25,719 nt of DNA from contig JAPDJY010000047.1 of assembly GCA_029258835.1 (NCBI GenBank), forward strand, positions 1-25,719. The letters are read 5' to 3'. Below the pieces are notes generated by a model. That model saw nothing but the letters and a program-made list of their open reading frames with translations, did not search any database and was not told the origin of the DNA. The first letter of the stretch is position 1; each line of letters starts with the position of its first letter. Shown in pieces: positions 1 to 6,930 of this stretch. The translations under genes and the position numbers were made by a program. Origin of the DNA: Thermoproteota archaeon (GTDB taxonomy: Archaea > Asgardarchaeota > Jordiarchaeia > Jordiarchaeales > Freyrarchaeaceae).

Positions 1-157
1 CGAGGGCAGCAAGGGTCTTATGAAGCCTCTCAGTCATAATCAAAGCGTAGGTAACGATCATGATGATGGAAAAGGTGGCAACGACAGAAACAGGAGGAAC
101 AAACAAAAGCTCCCTCAAAAGCTCTAACAAGTAGTGTGATAGGCTCTGCGCGGACAC
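1..157 (-). CDS. ArsB/NhaD/SLC13-type ion transporter, N-terminus only (runs off the window)
   Basis: Not in the ORF track. GTG at 157 with a GGGTGG RBS translates MSAQSLSHYLLELLRELLFVPPVSVVATFSIIMIVTYALIMTERLHKTLAAL; 'TYALIxxERLHKTLAAL' is the typical first-helix motif of ArsB/NhaD permeases. Confidence 0.75.
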   Translation of the reverse strand, partial: MSAQSLSHYLLELLRELLFVPPVSVVATFSIIMIVTYALIMTERLHKTLAAL

Positions 158-580
158 GCGCCCACCCCTTCATCCTGTTAACGCGTCAGGATTCCCCCAA
201 GAGTTCTTCTAAAAGCTAGTAATAAAAACTTTTTTCCCTTCACACGTTCACTTACTGAGATAGTTTTAGAAGAAAGGACGGTGAAAGCCAGCTGTTAAAG
301 TTGAAACGTAAGTTTTGTCTGCTTCATCATCTACCCTTCTTACATGTAAAGTAACACATAAGGTTCCCATGTTACCTCTTCTACGATGCTGATCTTCAAA
401 CGGATTAATTAACGTGCGACTTTGTTCCTCCTCACAGAATATTCATGTTCTAGCAGGGTTGCTGTCGCTAACCATGATAACGCCGCCTCGCTGACAAGCC
501 TTCATGCAGCCCCTACTTGTTTTTAACTTTTATTTTGAGGGTTAAGGTTGTTTTCCATGAATCTGCTTTAAATGATTCAA

Positions 581-608
581 CAGCTTTCAGCTTTCAGCTT
601 TCAGCTTT
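581..608. repeat. Tandem heptamer (CAGCTTT)x4
   Basis: Four exact copies at 581, 588, 595 and 602. Confidence 0.95.
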
Positions 609-719
609 TCATGGGAGCGGATGGTTGGAGTGGCCGGTGTTGCCTCGTGCTGGATGAGAAAAACACTTAAGAGGCGTAAGGTTATTTGGTGGTTAGCGTG
701 TTCGTGGACGGCTGGGACT

Positions 720-1625
720 GTGGAAGACTTTTTGACCGTGATGGGTGAGGGTGCATCCTGGCCTTCCTCATCAAACGTTTATCTTTTCAGGGATGATAAA
801 GGCTTCATCATGGTTGATGTCGGCTGTGGAGGGCGGGTAGGGAGACTTCTAGAGGAAATGAGGGCTAAAGGTGTGAAGCCAAACGACGTGCACACCGTGC
901 TCTTAACCCACGCCCACCCAGACCACATGGGTGGAATAGCCGAGTTTCTGAGGTACGCAAAGGCGAGGGTTATCATCCATGAGCTTGAGGCCCCAGCAGC
1001 AATGAAGCCGGAGGTCCTCGAGGAACGCTTCGACGTACACCTATGCGTGAAACATTACGGGTCTTTTTTCACAGGGCACTTCAGCCTGCTGTCATACTTC
1101 GAATCGGTCTGCCCGATGTCAAAGGTCACCCCTGACGAAACGGTCAGGGAGGGCGACGTTTTAGAGTTCGGCGATTATTCGTTCAGGGTCCTCAGAACGC
1201 CGGGCCACGCTCTAGGCCACACATCCCTCTATGAGGAGAGGGAGGGTTTCCTCCTCTCCGGAGACCTAATCGGCGCAACCGTAGCTTGGTATTCGCCCAG
1301 CTCTGGAGGGGTCATCGGCTACTTGGAAAGCCTGAGGAAGGTGGAGAGGCTCAGGGTCGACAGGATTTACCCCTCCCACGGGCCTGAGATAACCGACGTT
1401 AAGGAGGCCATATGCAGGGTTAAAAACAAGCTTTTAAGGAGGGAGAAGGTGATCCTTCAGGCCTTAGAGGAGGGGGAGAAAACGTTTAAAGAGTTAAACC
1501 AGACGCTTATCAGGAAGCCTCAACTGCTATTTTTCCCGGGAACCGTAATCTTAGAAAGCCACCTTATAAAGCTTGAAAGGGAGGGGAAGGTGGGGAGAAG
1601 AGGGGACGTGATATTCAAAGTCTAG
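720..1625 (+). CDS. MBL-fold metallo-hydrolase with probable C-terminal winged-helix-like domain
   Basis: NVYL, VDVG, THAHPDHMGG (HxHxDH), TPGHALGH, SGD and PSHG motifs. The ORF is open from 621; GTG at 720 is a more plausible start, but the start is uncertain. Confidence 0.9.
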   Translation: MEDFLTVMGEGASWPSSSNVYLFRDDKGFIMVDVGCGGRVGRLLEEMRAKGVKPNDVHTVLLTHAHPDHMGGIAEFLRYAKARVIIHELEAPAAMKPEVLEERFDVHLCVKHYGSFFTGHFSLLSYFESVCPMSKVTPDETVREGDVLEFGDYSFRVLRTPGHALGHTSLYEEREGFLLSGDLIGATVAWYSPSSGGVIGYLESLRKVERLRVDRIYPSHGPEITDVKEAICRVKNKLLRREKVILQALEEGEKTFKELNQTLIRKPQLLFFPGTVILESHLIKLEREGKVGRRGDVIFKV

Positions 1626-1656
1626 GGTTGCACCAGTTAACCGCCAAATCTGTTGA

Positions 1657-3154
1657 CTAACGCTTACAAGTAGCGTGGCCGCCACGCCTCAATGCAGGCT
1701 CTTTAAGCCGGTTGAAGCCCCCGACGGCTTTTTCAAGGTAGCTTTTATACTCAGCCATCCTCGCCAGGCATCTTGCAGCCCTCGCGGGTGACGGGTAAGC
1801 TGGAACGCCGGCTTTGGCTAGTTCCCCGAGTAACATAGCGTCCCTAGCGACGAATAGTATCGGTTTCTTGTGCTTCCTCGTAAGCGCAACGGCGTCTCCG
1901 GACAGCTTCCTTATCATGGTGGCAACCACCCTTTCACTTCCATCGCCTGAGCCGATCTTACTGTACGCTTGCGTTAGAGCCCTTGAGAAATCGTAAGCCA
2001 TGTTCTCGACTATCAAGGCGTCGATGCATCCTTCGCTTAGAAGGACGTCGCAGCACCAAGTGTACAGATCCAAGTTTATGCTGGCGACGAGGTCGACAGG
2101 GTTTCCACGGCTCCAGTAGGGGGCGCCCTACTACTAACCAAGTCGACTACCTCCTGTGGAAGGCTAGGGATCGATAGGCCATGCTCCTCGCACGCGTCAG
2201 CTGCGAGAACCCCCAACACCCGCCTCCGGTTACGACCCCAACCCGCCTTCCCTCTGGAAGGCTGGTCAGGGAGAATGCTAGAGCCAAGTCGACTAGCTCC
2301 TCTGTGTCGGAAGCCAGGGTTATGCCTGTCTGCTTAGCCACCGACTTGAAAATTTCCATTGAGACGGAGAGGGATGCCGTGTGAGACCTAGCAGCCCTCT
2401 CCCCCCGCCCCGGTTCTTCCATCCTTAATGCAGACAAACGGCTTCTTCACTGTTATTTTCCTTGAAACATCCATAAAGCGCTTCCCATCCTTCACCCCCT
2501 CTATGAATGAAACCACAACCCTCGTTTCAGGATCATCCGCAAAAAATTCTAAGTAGTCCTCAAGTTTTAAGTGCGTCTCGTTCCCGCTGCTCACAAACTT
2601 TGCGATGCCGCTTCCACGCTGCGACAACGCGTCCATAACGACCATCCCAACAGTCCCGCTCTGACTCACTATCGACACGCCGCCCTTCCGAGGGAACAGG
2701 GGTGCCATCAACGCGTGAAGGCTGCTGGACGCGCTGAGAACACCCATGCAGTTGGGGCCAACAACGGATAATCCGCTCTCTTCAGCTATCATAGCTATCT
2801 CCTCCCGCATCTCCTCCCCCTCCCCTCCAACCTCCTTGAAGCCTGCCGTTATTATGACGCACCAGCTTACACCCTTCTCGGCGCAATCCCTGACGGCTGA
2901 AACAACCGGCCGAGCTGGAACGGTCACTACAGCTAAGTCGACGTCTTCAGGTATGCTTTTGACGTTCGGGTACGCCTTTATACCTAAGACCTCCCTCGCG
3001 TTCGGGTTTACAGGGTATATTTCCCCTTTAAACCCTCCTGAGAGAAGCGTGGACGTGAGCATCATGCCAACCTTGCCAGGCGTCGACGACGCCCCAATCA
3101 CCGCGACGCTCCTAGGGTTAAACAGAAGGTTCCAGTCGCGCCTCCCGCAACCAT
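1657..3154 (-). pseudogene. acdA: ADP-forming acyl-CoA synthetase (acetate-CoA ligase) alpha subunit, about 4 frameshifts
   Basis: Fragments join into one protein: LEP/LFNPRSVAVIGAS, GPNCMG, SQSG, SSGNE, GRT/AARSHTASL (catalytic His), TGGGCWG/VLAADACEEHGL, P/YWSRGNPVDL, PAYPSPARAA. Shifts near 3127, at C6 2401-2406, C5 2210-2214 and G5 2119-2123. Confidence 0.9.
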
Positions 3155-3985
3155 AGAACTACCGAGAGATCAAACAAGAAGAAATATAAACGTTTTTGCG
3201 GTGTGCCTGGCAGCAGCATGAAAAGCCGCTATTTGCAGAAAAACGGCCGTTCAACCACAGGATCCTTCCGTGGGTTAGCCGTCCAGCCTCTCGCCTTCCA
3301 TTTTAACGGACTCTATGAGGGCGGAGACGATGGGAGCTATGTTCTTTAACTTCTTAGCCTTCTCGTTTAAAATCGCTGGAAAATTGCTTTCCGTCAGGGA
3401 GACCTCGGCGACTTCACCCTCTAAAACCTCCAGTTCCCTCGTGAAGTCGTCCAAACCCACCTCTCCATACATGCCTCGAAGCGCCTTTCGAAGCCTCCTA
3501 AAAGTTGAAGCCTCAAGCGATTTAAGAGCGGAAAAATCAACCGAGAAACCGGCAGATAACATCTCCCTATTAAAAAGTTCATTCCAGCACAACTTAACGG
3601 CTAAACGCCTAAGCTAACTCAACAATTAACTCTTCATATGCAACACTTTCAAGCACGTCCTCCACGATAAGCCTCACGTTCCTTTCAAGATCCTAAAACG
3701 AACCCGACGAGCCCTTTAACGCGTGCTCCAAGCACGGGGACGAACAAGAAGCCCTCAACCTCGCCGAGGCGCTCCGACACGCTCCCCAAGGCATCCTCCG
3801 AGGTGTACCCACAATTAATCAGGTGTTCCACGTAATCTAGCGTGTAGTGGAAAACAAGGCATTTAACCCCTTCACCCCCCATACTCCTCATAAATGATCT
3901 CCGCAGCTTCAGCTAAGAACCCTAAACCTGAACGTTCAAAGCCGTGGACGTCAACGTTCCCGCCGCCAGGGGAAGACACCCTTCA

Positions 3986-4140
3986 CCATCAACCATCAAA
4001 TCTATCCTGCGGGGTTCACGCTTGATAGGCTTTTATGGGTAGATGTGGGTTTTGGTCTACCAAGCGTTTCCCCATCATCGAGGCATACGCCTCTAATAGG
4101 GCTTTCGGGGTAACCCCGGAGCCCCACATCCGAAGGTTTA
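3986..4140 (-). ncRNA. Predicted TnpB omegaRNA scaffold (overlapping the tnpB 3' end) plus flanking guide
   Basis: Stem CCCUAUUA/UGAUGGGG enclosing a GAGGC-GUAU-GCCUC hairpin, plus a GGGG-UUA-CCCC hairpin. The stem covaries with the second copy. Boundaries are approximate. Confidence 0.65.
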
Positions 4141-5204
4141 AAACGGCCACAGCGTCTCTGTCTGCGGTAAATCCACATTTTTTACATTTCATCAACCTGC
4201 CCCGATAGGCTACCATGGTAGCCTGACAGACGGGGCAGGTCCTGGAGGAGTAGGATGGGTTAACGTATTTAACTGGTAGCCCGAGCCACTTTAGCTTGTA
4301 TCCTAGCATGAGCTGGAATGTTCTTGCGTTCCACTTCGAAAGCCTGCGGTTGAGTCCTTTGGTTCCGTGTAGGACCTTGCTTTTGATGTCCTTCAGGTCT
4401 TCGAGTATTGCTCCGCTCTGCAGCTCCTTGGGCTCCCCGGCTATTCTGGCTGTCAGCTTGTGCATGAGGTCTTTGGCCCTGTTCCTCTCCCTCCTGGAGT
4501 ATTTTTGCATGAGCCTCTCAGCGGTTCTGGGCTTGTGTTTGGAGAGCTTTTGTATTCTCCTTCTCTTCTCCTCGTAGGCCCTGTGGATGTGGTATAGTTG
4601 CCTGAGGTCATACTTGACCACCTTCCCGTTGATCAGGGCTGTCACGTTGGTCAGGTTTACGTCGAATGAGGCCCAGCCCCTCGGCTCGGCGCCTTCCACT
4701 TTTTCTTGAAGTTGATTATGAGCCTGTTCTCTGTTAGTAGTAGTCCGCCGATGGTGTCGAAGTCTCCCGGCAAGTAGTCGTACCTTGTTAGGTCTACTTC
4801 TTAGGTATTGTTTGTTTGGTTTGATGCTGATTTTTAGTTTTCCATCTCTGTACGTGAATAGTGTTGTCTTTATGTATACTGTTTTCCTCGTTGCTTTGGG
4901 CTTGGATTTCGCCTGTCCCCTTGTTGTATAGCTTTATCCACCCCTTGACCAGTCCTATGGCCGAGTTTATTGCTGAGTCAACGTAGTGTTTTGAGTACTT
5001 CCATCCTTTCAGTAGGCTGTTCCTCAGCCTCCTCCTATCCCCAGCCTTAAATTTTAGGCGGGCCTTTCCGGTTCGGGAGTGGGTAACGTGGTTCATGATT
5101 TCTTCTAGCGCTTTCTTCTTTGCTTCGAAGTATGCTTCTATCAGGTCTCTCGGCGCTTCTATGGGAACCTTGTATGATTTAATTGCGGTTGCTTCCCCCT
5201 TCAA
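4016..5204 (-). pseudogene. tnpB: TnpB RNA-guided nuclease, frameshifted (about 395 aa reconstructed)
   Basis: RuvC-I SFDVN, RuvC-II ILEDL, zinc finger CPVC...CKKC, RuvC-III DRDAVAVLNL. Frameshifts at C4 4917-4920, about 4801 and T5 4700-4704, the last two supported by comparison with the second copy. Confidence 0.92.
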
Positions 5205-5346
5205 GTATCTTCCTCACCTCGCTCTCCGGAATCCTGTATCTTCCGTTTGGGAGCCTTACCGCCCTGATCATGCCCTCCTTGACCCACTTAACAACGGTAT
5301 GCCTGTCAACCCCGAGGAGCTCGGCGACCTCACCACTCCTCAACAT
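5179..5346 (-). CDS. 55-aa MerR/excisionase-type HTH protein (IS607 TnpA N-terminal domain only)
   Basis: MLRSGEVAELLGVDRHTVVKWVKEGMIRAVRLPNGRYRIPESEVRKIL. ATG at 5346 with GGGGAGGG RBS and TTTATAT upstream. It ends at a stop overlapping the tnpB start, with no serine-recombinase domain. Confidence 0.85.
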   Translation of the reverse strand: MLRSGEVAELLGVDRHTVVKWVKEGMIRAVRLPNGRYRIPESEVRKILEGGSNRN

Positions 5347-5429
5347 TCCCTCCCCCCATACACACCACAAACACCAAAATAAACAAACATATAAACTTAT
5401 CTAAAACACAACAGTCACGCTAGGCACAG

Positions 5430-5540
5430 GTTAATATTGTACATGAGAGCAAGCCGAGCATGCTTCCTGGAAGCTCCCTCTCCTCTCTTGGAGAGGGAGA
5501 TGAGTTAATATTGTACATGAGAGCAAGCCGAGCATGCTTC
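5430..5540. repeat. 37-bp perfect direct repeat / 37-bp spacer / 37-bp repeat (CRISPR-like geometry, single spacer)
   Basis: GTTAATATTGTACATGAGAGCAAGCCGAGCATGCTTC at 5430-5466 and 5504-5540. Spacer 5467-5503 is CTGGAAGCTCCCTCTCCTCTCTTGGAGAGGGAGATGA, with a 10-bp perfect inverted repeat (5474-5483/5490-5499). Confidence 0.95.
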
Positions 5541-5702
5541 TGATGAACAGCACTGTTCGGCATCACAAACCCTCACGGCACCATATACTATAAGTTATAC
5601 ATTAATTTAGAATCGAGGATAATAGAAATAGGATATCCTGGTGATGGGCGGTGTAAAGCTACTCTTTGTAGGTTGAAGTTTTGTTGCCACTTCTCATGTA
5701 AA

Positions 5703-5732
5703 TTTTGGATCCTTCCCTTTTGGATCCTTCCC
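5703..5732. repeat. Tandem 15-bp duplication TTTTGGATCCTTCCC x2
   Basis: Exact copies at 5703-5717 and 5718-5732. Confidence 0.9.
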
Positions 5733-5803
5733 CTGTTTGATGGGGCTCAGCGTTGATGTTTCGCTGCTTAATCTGAGTTGAGGAATTGTAATTGTGGATT
5801 GGT

Positions 5804-6838
5804 TTAGATTATTTTCAGGTTGAGAGTGACGTTGAAGACGTTTCTTATAAGGCTGGCTTTCTCCTCCGCCTTCTTCAGGCTTAGTTTTAGGCTGTCGGCC
5901 ATGTGGTGTTCGCCGTAGACCGTGATGGTGAAGTCGCCGTCTCCTTCAACCGTTACGGATGTGACTGCTTGGTTTAGACCGTGGTCTAGTGCGTCTGCCA
6001 GCCTGAGAATTCCGGCTGTGAACACGAGGCTCTCCTTGAGGTGGCTTGGGGTCTGCTTACAGTTTAGGGGGTCTGTTTCCGCCCTGTGGTGGTAGGCTGT
6101 CCATGCAGCCAGCTCGTACACGTCTGCTCCTAAAGCCGCTTCGAGGGGAAGTCTATTTTCGTCAGCCTGGAGGAGGCGTAGCGTTTCCCTATGGTGCCCC
6201 CTGCCCCCGCCTGAGGACACTCCTATGTCGTGGAGGAGGGATGCAGCCGCCAAAGCTGCCTTCTGGCTTTGGTTTAGAATGCACATTTGCCTCTCCAGGT
6301 CCGCTGCGAGCTCAAGTACTTTGAAAGCGTGCTCCTCCCCCCTGCCGAAGCCGTACTTTTCACCTATAAAGTAGCACTTGTTTAAGGCGTGCATGCCAAG
6401 GTTGCGCGTGATGTACGTGAAAATGTCAACTATCCTGCTTTGAGGAACGGTTAGGAAGGCGCCGTTCTTCCTGATGGACTCGACAGGGTCTGGGTGTCCC
6501 TTGGCTGCCAGGTAGGATGCGGCTACTGTTCCACTTCTACCTATCCCTCCGACGCAGTGGACGAGAACCTTGCCCGGCTTTTCCATTATGAACCTGACCG
6601 TCTTGTAAAGCTGGAGGAGGCTTGGGGCGTAGAGGTCCCTCACCGGAGTGTGGTATACCTCCTTTACGCCGAAGCGGCTCCACATGCCCATGTCGTAGCT
6701 TAGCTCCTCAGGTGTTACGAGTACAACAACCGAGCTGAACCCTTTAGCGAACCTCTCCACTTCAAAGGGGAGAGGCATGCGTGAAACAGCAACCTTATCG
6801 TCGATCCACCTTATGGAACGTTTCACCTGGCACACCAC
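5804..6838 (-). CDS. Dual-specificity/tyrosine phosphatase domain fused to a Ppx/GppA-type HD domain
   Basis: N-terminal VHCVGGIGRSG (CX5R) and PVRDLYAP acid loop. C-terminal EEHAFKV...LLHDIG...HH...YHHR...ILRLADALD. Confidence 0.85.
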   Translation of the reverse strand: MVCQVKRSIRWIDDKVAVSRMPLPFEVERFAKGFSSVVVLVTPEELSYDMGMWSRFGVKEVYHTPVRDLYAPSLLQLYKTVRFIMEKPGKVLVHCVGGIGRSGTVAASYLAAKGHPDPVESIRKNGAFLTVPQSRIVDIFTYITRNLGMHALNKCYFIGEKYGFGRGEEHAFKVLELAADLERQMCILNQSQKAALAAASLLHDIGVSSGGGRGHHRETLRLLQADENRLPLEAALGADVYELAAWTAYHHRAETDPLNCKQTPSHLKESLVFTAGILRLADALDHGLNQAVTSVTVEGDGDFTITVYGEHHMADSLKLSLKKAEEKASLIRNVFNVTLNLKII

Positions 6839-6930
6839 CCTACAAACGTTGCCGCCACCCCTTTTTTAAATCTTATTTCCGGGGGATCGGGGGAAGCGTA
6901 AATGATAAAATCCCCCTTGAGGGTTGATGG

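Larger units (their letters stand above)
4006..5416 (-). mobile_element. Non-autonomous IS607-like element (HTH-only tnpA remnant + tnpB)
   Basis: MerR/excisionase-like HTH ORF overlapping tnpB. Minus-strand left end GA|CTGTTGTGTTTTAGATAAGTTTATAT, right end ...GTGAACCCCGCA|GG. Excision at the GG core restores the host reading frame with no TSD, as known for IS607. Confidence 0.85.
3275..5563 (-). pseudogene. Interrupted and frameshifted archaeal hypothetical gene (His/Asp pattern suggests metal binding); host of the IS element and the 74-bp insertion
   Basis: ATG at 5563 with a GTGAGG RBS and AT-rich TATA-like region at about 5588-5605 reads MPNSAVHQKHARLALMYNIN. Removing one repeat plus spacer and the IS continues in frame as LCLA-W-IDLMVDGEGCLP. 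After homopolymer shifts (3969-3972, 3875-3880) it reads VDVHGFERSGLGFLAEAAEIIYEEYGG/EGVKCLVFHYTLDYVEHL, then joins ORFs 3685..3891 and 3275..3592. Confidence 0.7.

Noticed and set aside
266-505. Minus-strand ORF with in-frame TGA giving UxxC (T-U-I-F-C), a possible selenoprotein
   Set aside because: No recognisable fold, atypical composition and no evident SECIS; likely chance. A TBLASTN finding Cys-containing homologs would be needed to revive it.
4700-4920. Programmed frameshifting in tnpB
   Set aside because: Three separate indels are needed to restore the frame and the second copy differs at the comparable sites; this is decay, not recoding.
4016-5421. 7-bp direct repeat TCACGCT (4016-4022, 5415-5421) as a TSD
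   Set aside because: The right-end copy is largely conserved inside the second element (TCACGAT), so it belongs to the element. The GG-core junction restores the host frame and fits IS607.
5430-5540. Canonical CRISPR array / Cas12 locus
   Set aside because: Only two repeats, no cas genes, the repeat is host coding sequence, and the adjacent nuclease is a standard-size, frameshifted TnpB with its own omegaRNA-like end. Kept only as a neo-CRISPR candidate.
5540-5566. CTGATGA followed by a small hairpin (hammerhead core or C box)
   Set aside because: No GAAA after stem II and no matching D box; the sequence is explained as the antisense of codons MPNSAVHQ.
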